From contig OX597825.1 of the NCBI GenBank assembly GCA_951406725.2, positions 69,564,001 through 69,628,000 on the forward strand: a DNA stretch of 64,000 nt, read 5' to 3'. The translations under genes were made by a program, and so were the position numbers. Origin of the DNA: Octopus vulgaris. Its lineage: Eukaryota. Positions 40,133 through 53,310 of this stretch are shown piece after piece; the first letter of the stretch is position 1; every line of letters begins with the position of its first letter. The notes under the pieces are model-generated. The model saw only the letters and a program-made list of their open reading frames with translations. It ran no database searches and was not told the DNA's origin.

Positions 40133-40342
40133 TCAGGCAATAATCTGATAGCTCTGCGTCGGCAGAAATTGAAAAAATAAGGAAAAAAGTGAAAGGGGTA
40201 CAATGAAATTGCCGTGAGGTGTGGAATACCCAACATTTCGGATTCAATCCCTCGTCAGAGGCGAGGGGGTGAGAAAAAGAGAAGGAAAGGAGAAAAAAGT
40301 GGGAGCTTACATCCCCTCAACTTGAAAAACTGGCTGCAACTG
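40131..40342 (-). mobile_element. Short non-coding pLTR-like insert in (TA)n with a hammerhead
   Basis: About 210 bp between (TA)n tracts; contains the HHR at 40228-40262. Confidence 0.6.
40228..40262 (-). ncRNA. Minimal type I hammerhead ribozyme motif
   Basis: Minus: gcct CTGACGA g GGAT tga ATCC GAAA tg TT gggt (helix I with G-U wobbles). Confidence 0.65.
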
Positions 40343-40350
40343 TATGTATA

Positions 40351-40435
<85 letters not shown>

Positions 40436-41852
40436 TGTGAGAAAGTGAAGGAAAGAGAAGCAGTGAAAGGAAAAGTAGATGCATTGCTTATCTGCAACGT
40501 TATCTATGGGCCTTTAAGGAATAAAAAAGCAAAGTTGATCTCGTTAGGATCTGAACTCAAAAATTCAAAAATGCAGAGAACCTTAAAAAATACTTGCATA
40601 CCATCGAATAATAATCTGATGATTCTGAATATTTTGCCGTTTTTTATGCAATGCATGAATTCGGTTAAACGCATTTACAGCTAAACTGGCTAACACATTA
40701 ACAAAGTGAAAATTCTTCCTGCCAAAGAGGTACAGATAGCTATACATAGCAATAGAACAATATAATAAATATAGTCTTTATCCGTTAAAGGAAGGAAGAT
40801 ACAACGCTAGATAATATGAATTGTTTCCTGATTGTTAATTTCGTTGCCGACATTTTAGTTTCGAGGTGAATAAACATGAAATGATAGCTTTGACAGTTAT
40901 AATTCACTAAGAAGATCAATTTAAGAAACTATATTAATAATAGTTAATAGGTCTCACCTAGCATCATACATATCTGTTTCTAACACGTCAAAATATCTTT
41001 GATCGATAAATCTATTAGGATTCAAACTTATCTTTTTGATGTTGTTTTTCCTTTTTTTTTTATAGTTCTCCTATGTTGTGCTTTCTATCGCCATTTCAGC
41101 GAATGATATTTAAATATATATTAGTACTCATATAAAGAAAAAATAAAGATCCATCCTTCGCAAAACAGATGATAACAACAGAATAAATAAAAGTAATAAA
41201 AAGTTAATTAGTGTAGTGTAAAATTCACATCAGTAAGCATTAGTAGAAATAAAGGAAGTAGATAGTTTCTCATCACAGTTTGAAGCTATTCTTCATTTTA
41301 TGCTTATATAATTTTCGTGATAATGCGGAACGAGATTTCACGCCTGATCACGCAGTAATTTGGAAACTGAGAAATGTGCAATGAGGTGTGTTCAAATAGT
41401 GGAGATTTATTGATAAAAACACAAATTTGCTTTTGACATTGTCGTTGATTTTTGTTTTTTATAAACTTATTTAGATAATAATATTGAGTTATCACAAAAA
41501 TGTACTTGTGGAAATTGTATTATTACAATTATTTTTTTTATCGCGAAAAGAATTATCAGCGTACGTACGGACATGTGTGAGTGTATGTGTCTAAGTATTT
41601 ACGAATACATATGTGTGCATGGCCGCATTTGTGTAGACAGAGATATATCTCTATCTCGATATTATTACAGCCTCGTTTACTGTCACACAGGCATATATGA
41701 TACTACGGTCTATGAATAAAATACTAATGGAATGAAGTGTAAATGCTCGATATCATCTGTTATAATCAAAACATTCATACTACTTGTATTCTTCCTACGC
41801 CATGAAATATTTATTTTACCTAAGATGAGGAAGTAATTATTTCAATGAAGTG

Positions 41853-41956
<104 letters not shown>

Positions 41957-42011
41957 ATGTGTGTGTGTGTGTATGTATATGTGTGTATGTATATATATAT
42001 GTGTATATATA

Positions 42012-42048
<37 letters not shown>

Positions 42049-42097
42049 GTATATATACATATGTATATATATATGTATATATATATATACACACATA

Positions 42098-43299
42098 CAG
42101 TTGCGGCCAAAATGTTCAGTACGGTATTGTTTTCGTCAGAAAACTATATATAATTTTTTATCAAAGTTGTTTTATATTCTATAAATTTCACAGACAATAA
42201 ATACGATATTATTTGTTATCTTCTGAGATTTTGGTGTAATTGGAGAGGATAATACAAAAGTTATGGATGATTTAGTGATTTACTGCAAAACCCATGGCGG
42301 CCAAAATGATCAGAACGGTTGCTTTTAGTATATTTAGTATATTTTAGTATATTTAACCGGCGAACTCTAATGTCTTGAATTTGTTTACATGACGGTTCGT
42401 TTACTAAACATTAGTATGCATATCTGCAGTGTACTTTGTTAATATAATGCCACTTACTCCGTTACCAATTTGTCATCAGATTATTAAGCTTCGAAAGAAG
42501 AATAATTTAAATATTGGGTCTATTGCAAAGATTGTTAATAAGTCAAAAAGTGTTGCTCACGGTATTCTTAAGGTCTGCGATGATTGTAGTTCGTGTGAAG
42601 CAAGAAAGTCTACAGGTAGGCCAAGAGAGAAGATCGTGCTATGGTAAAGTTGGTTAAAAAGGACAGATTTAAAACTGCTGCTGCTGTTTCTCGGGAAATG
42701 AGCATTGTACTGAAGAAAACTTTATCTCGAAAGACTGTGTCTTGTCGTTTAGTTGAACATGACCTACAAGCATGAGCACCTGCAGTGAAGCCACTGATCA
42801 TTTCCAAGAATTAAAAAGTGTCGTCTTACCTTTGCAACCGAACATGTGTTGTGGTCTCAAACGCTGCATTTCAGTGATGAATCTAAGTTTATGTTATTTG
42901 GCTCAGATGGGAAATGGTAGGTTCGTCTAAAAGTAGATGAAAAATTGTCGCCTATATGCCTTAAGACTAGAGTTAAATTCGGTGGATGGAGTGTCATGGT
43001 TTGGGGGATGATATCTGGAGATGGTGTGGGCCCTTTGGTGCGATTACATGGAAAGGTAAATGCAGGAGTTTATAAACAACTTGTAAAAGATCATGTCTTG
43101 CCTGTGCTGAGAAATTCAACTAAGCGTTCTCCCATATTCATGCAGGAAAATGCCCCATGTCACAAGGCTAAGGTGGTCATGAACTTACTCAAGGTTGAAA
43201 AGTTTATTGTGAAAATTATAGAATATAAAACAACTTTGATAAAAAATTATACCTACTTTTCTGACGAAAACAATGCCGTTCTGAACATTTTGGCCGCAA

Positions 43300-43302
<3 letters not shown>
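42098..43302 (+). mobile_element. Defective Tc1-family DNA transposon (IR/DR type)
   Basis: About 94-bp TIRs starting CAGTTGCGGCCAAAATGTTCAG, flanking TA; inner repeat GCGGCCAAAATGATCAGAACGG at about 42297. Confidence 0.95.
42447..43205 (+). pseudogene. Tc1 transposase pseudogene
   Basis: HTH-like start MPLTPLP..SIAKIVNKSKS..TGRPR, FSDESKF, VKFGGWSVMVWG, MQENAPCHKAK; frameshifts and stops; deleted before the catalytic E. Confidence 0.9.
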
Positions 43303-43356
<54 letters not shown>

Positions 43357-43366
43357 TATGTATATA

Positions 43367-43537
43367 GATCGCTAGCTACTACACATTTTTTATTATCTCT
43401 CCTTGTTTCTTTCTGTGTTCCTTTCTATCGAAGAGCGTAGGCTCGAAACGTTAAAGACTTTTTCATTTCCCGAGCGTTTGTTGTCTACACAACCTGTCTT
43501 GGTTTTTTTGTTTTTTTTTTTGTGAATTCTACCCTAC
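43367..43537 (+). mobile_element. Short pLTR-like insert in (TA)n with hammerhead-like motif at 43421-43456
   Basis: CTTT CTATCGA a GAGC gtag GCTC GAAA cg TT AAAG; homologous to 63793-63934. Confidence 0.6.
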
Positions 43538-43646
<109 letters not shown>

Positions 43647-44387
43647 TATAGTTCAAATATATTCCAAACAAAGACAGGTGAAAGGACAGAATGCAGATTT
43701 ATTCGTTTGACGTTTCGCAGTCGAGAGAAATGAAAAGATCGTCCAGTGTCAATACATTTTAAAATATAAGACATCAGATGGAATTTGTTGTATCTTGCCT
43801 CTGCTGAGGTCAGTAGCGGTCGACTACTGAGTTAGGAAGACTATGTATATAGAGGGATAAACAAGAGAAGTAGACTGGTAGGCAAAAGGAGAAAGAGAGA
43901 TATAATAAAGAGGGGAAGAGAGGATAGAAAGGGGAAGGAGAATATGTAAGAGAAGAGGGAAGAAAGGTGATTGGGTATGTTGTGTGCTCGGTAGAGAAAG
44001 CCTGAGAGATAATGAGGGAGAGAATTGGAAAAGTGAAGAAGACTTTGAGAGAGGATGGCGAAGAAATGAATTATATGTTAGCATGTGGCGAAGGATATTA
44101 GTAGGGATTAGGGTCTGGACTAGAAGATTCTACTAGTTACAAGGCACCATAGGCCAAAATAATGATACTCATAATACTTTATACTATAAGGAAAAGGCAC
44201 GAGCGTTTGAGGGACGGGACTACATCTACCCAAAGGTTCAACTGATGTCTACTTCATAAACTCTGAAAAGATGATGGGCAATGCTGACCTCGACGAAATT
44301 TGAACTCAGAACGTAAAGACGGAGGAAATGCCGCGATGATTTTATCACGCGGGTTAAAGGTTTTGTTAGTAAATCGTCTTTCGACAC

Positions 44388-44817
44388 CTTTTCGCTTTGA
44401 CTGGCAGTTTTTAAAATAATTTCCATGTAACTAAACACTTTTAAACTTCGTATACTGGTAGAATGTGTTTATAACACATATTTTTCTCTTGGCTTTCTTG
44501 AGAAAGTTATGTAGGTTGTGAGATATTTGTAAAATATTTACTTTAATTTCTGCAATGTCAACCAATCAATGACGTCTATTGAGGTGAAAACATTCTCTCC
44601 GTAAACATTTTCTGGCGGTGATATAGGAAATTGTCCCTCGTTTAAGAAACAGATTGGGTTTATTTACATTTCTGAAGAAAAAAAAGATACCCCTGCCCCC
44701 ACACCTAACCCTAACCCTAAAACAGATTGAAATGCAAGAGATCGATACTAGGGTCATAATTATGGGTGACAATTTCATATGACACCGCTAGAAAAAACTG
44801 CCGGTCAAAGCGAAAAG
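44388..44817. mobile_element. MITE with about 25-bp TIRs and internal CCTAACCCTAACCCTA
   Basis: cttttcgctttgactggcagttttt / aaaaactgccggtcaaagcgaaaag. Confidence 0.8.
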
Positions 44818-45370
44818 ATCCCCTTACTGTTAATAACATGGATAAAGTAATAATATTGGTGAGAACACCAACATCAACAACAAGAATAATAATGATAGGA
44901 AAATCATAATGATGATGGTGGTAAAGACAAGTAGAAGTAGAGGAAAAGGGCGAGGAAGAGAAGAAGGAAAATGGAAGACTTTTATTTGAAAGTTAAATAA
45001 ATATTGACGAAAACATATTTGGTTTGTCTTCATTATTATAACATATCTGCCTATCTCTCAAGCTTGCTATCTAATTAGCTAGCTATATATTCTTGATTCT
45101 CAGGAGGCTCATTATACTAAACGCAAACACTGACTAATAAACGCAAACATTGACTAATAAAAATAATAGAGTGAAACGGATCAATTGCGTGTATTTATTA
45201 TTGGTATAATGAAACTTTTGGGACATACCGCGATATGCGTCAACGTATTAACACACGAGATTATATCCAGTAACTCGCAAACTATACACAAAACACTTAC
45301 ACACCAGACACACATACACACACATACAGACACACACATACAGACACACACATACAGACACACACATACA

Positions 45371-45421
<51 letters not shown>

Positions 45422-45501
45422 GCACGCACGCACGGACATACGCAAAATACTTCTAAGAATTTACTTTGAAAAGGTTCTTTCAGTCCTTTTTCCGTACTAC
45501 T

Positions 45502-45751
45502 TATTTCTTTATTTTTTTCTCTTATTTCTTTATTGCACGCAAGGGACTAAACACAGAAGGGACAAACAAGGACAGATAAAGGGATTAAGTCGATTGTGTC
45601 AACCCCAGTGCGTAACTGGTACTTAATTTATCAAGCCCGGAAGGATGAAAAGCAAAGTCGACCTCGGCGGAATTTAAACTCAGAATGTAACGGCAGACGA
45701 AACACCACGAAGCATTTCGCCCGGCGTGTTAACGTTTCTGCCAGCTCGCCG
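45502..45751 (-). mobile_element. SINE family C copy with TSD
   Basis: TSD cctttttcc(g/c)tactact at about 45485-45501 and 45752-45768. Confidence 0.85.
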
Positions 45752-48266
45752 CCTTTTTCCCTACTACTGCCCGATACTCGGTGTTGGACTGTTTACGTTT
45801 CCATGACTTAGCGGGTCGGAAAAGGAACCGATAGAATAATTACCTGATTTAAATATAAGTAATACGGTCGATTAATTCGATTAAAAGTTCTTCGAATTGA
45901 TGCTGCATCATGGCCGTCTTCAACGGTAGATGCCATCATCAGTATAAATCAATGGTGTAATTCAAAGTTTTATAGGTTGTGATATCAGGCTTCATCTAAA
46001 ATCCTTCAATATTTCGACAAACTGATACGAAATAAGATATTAGATTTTCTCTTAAAGTACACGTAAATATCGATCTTTTAGATTTGTATCGAGAATCGAC
46101 AACGGCAGAGGAAGAAAGTGTTCAATATCCGGAGCTTGATAAATGTTTGTTAAGCAGTATATGAAATAGCTTCCGGTTACATCTTATATAATATTCTCTA
46201 TGTTTCATTTGTATTTGCACAATTTAAGATATAAACGCTCACCAATATTCCAATTTCTATATATTTGCTGTCATTTCAATCTCCTCGGTGTTGTGTACGT
46301 ATTGTGCGTTCCCGCTTTGTTAATTGTGTCAGTGTCTCCTAAATGACTGTTCCCAGATAAATCAGGCAATTAATCAGCGACAATGGTTCTGCCAATCAAA
46401 ACTTGGCGCCTGACCTGCACTACCTGAAAAGTAATATAGGAAAGCGTAGTAAGGGTAACAATGTGATCCCAGCCTATTTTCTTTATTATTAATGAAGCAA
46501 TTGGACCCAGAGCGGTTTTAATAGCAAGCCGATGATATTGAGTTCTGAATTCCTTCTGGCATTTGCCTGCAAAAAGCGTTTAGAACTTTATCAAATACCC
46601 AATTGCGAATGACAGTTGTCTGCGAAATTTGAAAATTGCTTGCAAAATGGACGTAAAAAGGATGATTAAAACAATCAAAATTGTCCTTAGAAATACTGAA
46701 GAATATGCACGTCAACTTAGTGACAGGTAAATGATTAGTTTGGTCAAGAATAAAAGAACAAACATAGAAACAAAATGATATTGTAGCCATGATAGCTTTT
46801 TGAAATACAGATGCAATGTTAATATGTGCTTCTTCTTATTAACATTACCTTGAGGAAGGCGAAGGTGGTGAGCTGGCTGAATCGTTAGCACGCCGGGCAA
46901 AATGCTTAGTGGAATTTTTTTCATCTTTACTTTCTGAGTTCAAATTCCGCCGAGGTTGTCTTTGCTTTGTCGATAAATTAAGTATCAGTGAAACCACTGG
47001 GGTCAATGTAGGGAAGTAGCTCCTCCCCGCAAGAGAATATTAACAGGTATTTTGGCTAAAAACCAAAGCCGAACACATCGAAATTTTGAGGCGTGGAACA
47101 AGTTACGGATTACACAAGAGCGTCAGAAAAATACAGTGAAACTGTTATCAAAAATGGAAGACAACTCGGGCAGAGAAATCTACTGACCAGACTCTTCAAG
47201 CCAAAAATATAAGCCAAGAATACAATGGACCACTATAGCAGCAACAACGCATCCACAACGACAACAACTGAAAGCAACAATAACAATAAACGAACCACAA
47301 CGTGAGTAGAAGCCATAATACACCGTCAAAGGGCCAATGACAACAACAGCGACATTTGAAATCTGCGACACCAAAAGCAACACGTTTAAGATATAGAGCA
47401 AACATAATTTCCTCAAATACAGATCTGTCAACCACCAATACAATCCTCGGGAAGAAGAAACAATTATCGGAATGCGAAAGGGTTGTTTGATACATTTGGT
47501 GGATTTAGTTTTAGATTCTACTAGTGTTAACCATTGTTTCACAATAATCTATCATAGATATGATGTTCTTCGTAGAGCGCCGCGTGTATTTTAATGAGTA
47601 GTTCTTCACTAACAGCGTGAGATGTACTGGGCATATAATTAAAGCAAAAGTATATCAATTATCCGTGATGGACAGCGATAATGGTTCCGTTAGCGAAAAG
47701 AAAAATGAGAGAAAAAATAGCAAACACTGAATGGTTTACACACGAGGCCTAATTACACAGGGACGCTAAATAAACGCGGATATTATACTGATTATTTATT
47801 TGTAATTGCTACGTTAGCCTGGAGAGGGATGACACTGCCAGGCTTTCTCGCTCTAGATACGCCGCATGGCTGCAACGCCCCAAAGACCCCTAAGGAGCTA
47901 AGGGCTTTAACAATCGTCAATTGCCACAATATTGGGACTCCGATAATTTGTATTTTATCCTAGAACTTTTACTAATTGTATGGTTTTTTGCCTTCCGCTA
48001 ATTTGCTCAATATAGTACATTAATTATATTTCCATTTCTAACATTCTGTACCTTCTGGCAGTTGCGGTGTTGGAGAAGCCAAGATAAAATTCTCATAGGC
48101 AGTAAGTAGCTAAATACACACAAATTAAAACGCGTCAGTCAACATGTGCACGTGCCGACAAATAGGAAAAAAATGACAAACCAGCAAATCATACACGTCA
48201 CAGAGTCTAGTCGCACAGCAAGAGCAAATACGTATCGACATGAACACGCACACAAATACACACACA

Positions 48267-48317
<51 letters not shown>

Positions 48318-48339
48318 ACACACACAAATACATACATAT

Positions 48340-48498
48340 ACAGGAGGAACTGTGTGATAAGTACTTTCCTTACCAAACACATGACTCCGGGTTCAGTCCC
48401 ACTGCGTGGTACCTTGGGCAAGTGTCTTCAGCTATAGCCTCGAGCCTACCAAAGCCTTGTGAGCGCATTTGGTAGACGGAAACTGAAAGAAACTAGTC

Positions 48499-48539
<41 letters not shown>

Positions 48540-48699
48540 CACAGGTTATAGGAACATAAGCCTTCTTCCACGAAAAGACAGCTTAATCTGTGCTCTAAAT
48601 GGAGTTGTAGTCAAATCCTATTTTATGGACCCAACCATGTTCTAAAATAAGTCGAAAGGTAAGCTACTATAAACTGGCATGAACTTTCCGGACAACCCA

Positions 48700-48766
<67 letters not shown>

Positions 48767-48937
48767 TGTATATTTATGTGTGTCCCGTAATCTCGCGGTT
48801 CGGCAAAAACAGAGTCATAGAATAAGTACTAGTCTTCCAAAGAATAATCCATGTGGTCGATGTCTTTGACTAAAACGCTTTAAGTGTGCGATTCAGCAGA
48901 CCCACAGTCAGGTGAATGGAACGAGTAAAAGTAAAAA
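48340..48937 (+). mobile_element. SINE family A copy with a ~165-bp unique insert (48537-48702) in its internal (TA)n
   Basis: Head 48340-48500, tail 48775-48937. Confidence 0.8.
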
Positions 48938-49061
48938 CAAATTATACGTAAAATCGATTTGGATAGTGAAATCAAATTGCCTGAAAATTAGGCTCATTTC
49001 CGGTAGCACACGACCCATATATACATGCAGGCATGCATGTATATATGTATGTATTTTTGTA

Positions 49062-49111
<50 letters not shown>

Positions 49112-49115
<4 letters not shown>

Positions 49116-49523
49116 AGTCAATTTAGGGTTTGCTACCCTAAATTGACTAATTGATAATTTTCTGAATAATTCTGAGATTGAATCGGCAGTTTATATTTAC
49201 TGCTGATAAGTTTGGCGCGAATACGTCAGTCTTGAAAATTTTAAGACAGATATTCCCTAGGCATCGATACAGACGCCTCGTGTATATTTGTCTCTCCCAG
49301 GTGTTTTACTGATGAAGTGTAACCTATGGTAGATTAGCTTAATTTAATTTAATTAAGCTAATTTAATCATTAATGACACAGAAACGTTGCAACGTCTAAA
49401 AGATGAATTAGGGTAAATGTTTTTGAATTTTCACCTAATTTTTGAATTACTACTACTTGGCGGTGTGAATTATGGCTGCTCTTTCTGGTGGACGAATGAC
49501 CTGTTAGGGTCATTCCTAAATTG

Positions 49524-49526
<3 letters not shown>
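49112..49526 (+). mobile_element. About 410-bp non-coding PLE pLTR-like insert in (TA)n with a 5' hairpin and a hammerhead
   Basis: 5' ttagtcaatttagggt..accctaaattgactaa inverted repeat; (TA)n on both sides; HHR at 49304-49401. Confidence 0.7.
49304..49401 (+). ncRNA. Type I hammerhead ribozyme with branched helix II and palindromic helix III
   Basis: TTTTA CTGATGA a GTGT...ACAC a GAAA CGTT gc AACG TC TAAAA: 5-bp helix I, canonical core, GUC cleavage triplet. Confidence 0.75.
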
Positions 49527-49616
<90 letters not shown>

Positions 49617-49700
49617 CAGTCACAATTTGATTTTAACTCACTATACTCATATCATATATGTATATAGATTTTGTATGTGAACTTACACAAATATATACGT

Positions 49701-49750
<50 letters not shown>

Positions 49751-50348
49751 AATGAAAGTGTGTTCGCATTTGTGTATGTGTGTAAGTGTATGTATATCTG
49801 TATGGGACAGTTCATACAAATATGTCCCCTTAATACTTGTGCGGACATACGTTTAAGAGTTGATATCTGTCTAGCCTGCAGATTCTCTAGTCTTTCTTAT
49901 TAAATAAAGCTCCGCGATACATTTGATATCCAGATATCATGTGAATAATATCCGTTTATCTATCATGGTATTTCAACACTAAATCACTAAATGTAATATA
50001 TGTATATCTTGCAGGAAATTATTTTCCTAACAACTGTGGCAAGTTGGCGCCAACCTTTCTTCTTCAAAGATGCAATCTAAACAAGAAGTAACGCTACAAT
50101 TTCTGAAATTGCAAATAATACTTTCTCAAATGATAATACAAACACTCTCATATATAATGATGCTAATGAGAATATACCTAAGTATGCCACCAAAACCCTA
50201 ACGAGCCAGCTTAATATCATTATTTAATTTTACCAAAAATGGTTATCTTATTTTTAACACTCATCTCAATCTCTATTCAGAGACTATCATTTACTGCGAT
50301 ACCTAATGTTCCCTAGCCGTACCGTCTTCATGATTATATTAAGCTTGC

Positions 50349-50573
50349 GAACTGGCAGAAACGTTAGCACGCCGGGCGAAATGCGTAGCCGTATTTCGTC
50401 TGTCGCTACGTTCTGAGTTCAAATTCCGCCGGGGTCGACTTTGCCTTTCATCATTTCGGGGTCGATAAATTAAGTACCAGTTACGCACTGGGGTCGATAT
50501 AATCGACTTAATCCGTTTGTCTGTCCTTGTTTGTCCCCTCTGTGTTTAGCCCCTTGTGGGTAGTAAAGAAATA
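50349..50573 (+). mobile_element. Young SINE family C copy with TSD
   Basis: TSD tatattaagcttgc on both sides. Confidence 0.9.
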
Positions 50574-50988
50574 TATATTAAGCTTGCATTCATTTTATAT
50601 ATTGTTATATTTTCAATGATTTTTCATATTCTTTTTAGTTTATATATATTGCTGTTCCTTCAAAGGCTACGGGGGATATGGGGGAAGGTCGTATTCAGGG
50701 GAAGAAATTAAAATACGTCGAGATGATGGAGTTATAAGCAATGTGTGGCGAGTAATGCATGGTTCCACTGTGGTGAAATGCAGGGGTTTTGTGGGCGCCT
50801 ATTCTTCAAGACTGACATCTTGCCGAGCATCATGAGGCAAGAAGGCGAAAAGCCACCAAGTGACTATAGAGTCGACAGGTATCTCTCGGTAGCTGTAGAT
50901 CAGGCGATATGAGTCCTGGAAAAGGTAGTGCTACCTCGAGCAATACTAACTGGACAGAAGTTGGGATATGACCAACATTGACTGGATT

Positions 50989-51207
50989 TATTTCTTTATT
51001 ACCCACATGGGGCTTAACATAGAGGGGACAAACAAGGACAAAGTATTAAGTCAATTATATCGACCCCAGTGCGTAACTGGTACTTAATTTATCGACCCCG
51101 AAAGGATGAAAGGCAAAGTCGACCTCGGCGGAATTTGAACTCAGAACGTAACGGCAGACCAAATACGGCTACGCATTTCGCCCGGCCTGCTAACGTTTCT
51201 GCCAGCT
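50989..51207 (-). mobile_element. SINE family C copy with TSD
   Basis: TSD tgactggatt at 50979-50988 and 51208-51217. Confidence 0.85.
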
Positions 51208-51740
51208 GACTGGATTGGCTACATGAGGGTTTCTGGTTGTAAAACGTCCTCCAAAAAAAGCCTTCACTCGTGCAGACTCTTGCATGCCTGAGGTACAGTT
51301 GTTTGCCAAAATAGCACATGGTACTCATGAACAAATATCCAAGCATTGTTTTTCTGCCGCAAAAACGTTAATTTCTAGAGATTTCTTGTTAAAGAGAATA
51401 CTTGCAAACGATGGGTTATCGCTCTTATTCGCAAGAATTTCCTATAGAGAAAGTGTTTATGATAACTCTATGACCAAATTCGTTAATTATTTTGATCCTC
51501 TAGTTTTGCTGCCGCCGTTAATGATTGCCATGCGAACTTTTATATTTATATTTTTGCTATACCGAACTGTCCCTTTATTTCCTCATTTTCCACAAAGCAA
51601 GTCTGTGTGTTAGATCATCGGTCCCCAGATATTTTTGCACCTCGAACCGGCTTCATTGAATACAATTATTCCACCGATCAGAAGATCAAACGCTTAACAT
51701 AACACAATAAGTGCATAATATATCACACATATGTATTATA

Positions 51741-52134
51741 TCTTTATATATAAAAGAGAGGTTGTGTGCTGTCTGTCTCCTACGATTTAGATTCCTAACT
51801 ACTCCCACATTTTGCGGTGCAGTTTAACCAAAAGCGGGTATCTTATAGTCGTGATTCATATCGAGCCTTTCTGGGTATTAGCGCGCGTCTACGATGAGTC
51901 TACGATTAAAAAAAAATTACCATCAATTTTTCCCATTTTTAATGCATTTTTGGCATATATAAGGGAAGTAACTCTCTAAAAATTTATTATTAAATCTCAG
52001 AACGTAAAAAGCTACAGTAACCCCCACCCTTTGTGGTTAGCCATATTGAGATGGCTATTATACTTTACATCTCTAAAAATGCTTATATAGTTATTTCCCT
52101 TACAAACCCGAGCAACGCCGGGCGATACTGCTAG
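51741..52134 (+). mobile_element. Non-autonomous Helitron
   Basis: Inserted between A and T; 5' TCTTTATATATAAAAG; 3' hairpin CCCGAGCAACGCCGGG 8 nt upstream of the terminal CTAG. Confidence 0.85.
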
Positions 52135-52221
52135 TGTTATATATTTGTCTAATACAAAGTATTATATTTTATATATGTCTAACACATATGTAATACAACA
52201 ATATCTGCAGACTGTGATTTT

Positions 52222-52619
52222 CTCTTATTCTTTTAATTGTTTCAGTCATTTGACTGTGGTCATGCTGGAGCACCACTTTAAGTCGAACAAATTGGATCGT
52301 GGACTTATTCTTTGTAAGCCTAGTACTTATACTATCGGCCTCTTTTGCCGAACCGCTAAGTTACCGGGACATACACACACCAACATCGGTTGTCGAGCGA
52401 TGGTGAAAGGGGGAAACACACACACGCACACACACACACACACATGCATATACGATGGGGTTACTTTCCGTTTCCATCAACCAAATCCAATTACAAGTCT
52501 TTGGTTGGCCTGCGGCTATAGTAGAAGACACTTGCTCAAGGTGCCACACAGTGGGACTGAACCCCTAAATTATGTGTTTGGGAAGCAAACTTCTTACCAC
52601 ACAGCCACGCCTGCGCCTA
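52222..52619 (-). mobile_element. SINE family A copy
   Basis: Homology; explains the 189-aa ORF at 52145-52714. Confidence 0.85.
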
Positions 52620-53310
52620 TAGTAAATACAATAAAAATAAAATTGAAAAAATCTCCTGTTGACAAATGTACCAGCTGTGCATTCTGTTTTGCTCAGACAG
52701 TTGTGGTGCCTTAAACTCGAAGCTCTCAACGGGAGAGGATGACAGAATACATATCCTGTCGCGAAGAAACATGAGGAATTTCAAGCCGATTCTAATCACC
52801 TTTCCACAACCTATCATTTGTTGCCCCTTATGCACTTAACACACGTCATCGATACTCCTTTACAAAGGTGATCACGAATATTGTGTGAACATCACTCGAT
52901 ATATTTCTTATATTGTGTTACTCCATGTGCTGAGGCAAAAGCTTACGAAGAGGGGAGTCTCAAGCACAGTTTCGTTACGTTTTGTAAGCCTCGTTCATAA
53001 TCATAAAGCAGAAGGCACTATGTACTGTACCCTTCTCCGTAAGTGAAATACACATCTAGAAACGGGCAACTGTCTAAATTAACTGCAAATATGCTCATTT
53101 AAATTGAGCAAAAATAAAGCTCCCCTCTCTTTGTGAGAAAAAATTCGATTAGTTTTATACACAGCTGCTTCCGAAGATATTCTTTATGCAAGGAAACGAG
53201 AGTCCCTTTACATTTTTCATCTGATTCATTTCATGGTTCAAATTTCTATCCTGGACACTGAATTACCTGCATGTTAGGGCTTGTTTGATTGTCATTCCAT
53301 CAGTGTTTCA

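Noticed and set aside
44704-44720. Telomeric (CCCTAA)n
   Set aside because: Fewer than three units, internal to a MITE.
47180-47542. 120-aa ORF / ACA-rich segment
   Set aside because: Low complexity, no domain motif, and stops in the plausible sense frames.
50730-50985. GC-richer segment possibly from an RTE 5' UTR with an HDV-like ribozyme
   Set aside because: I could not assemble the nested double pseudoknot by eye; unsupported without a covariance-model search.
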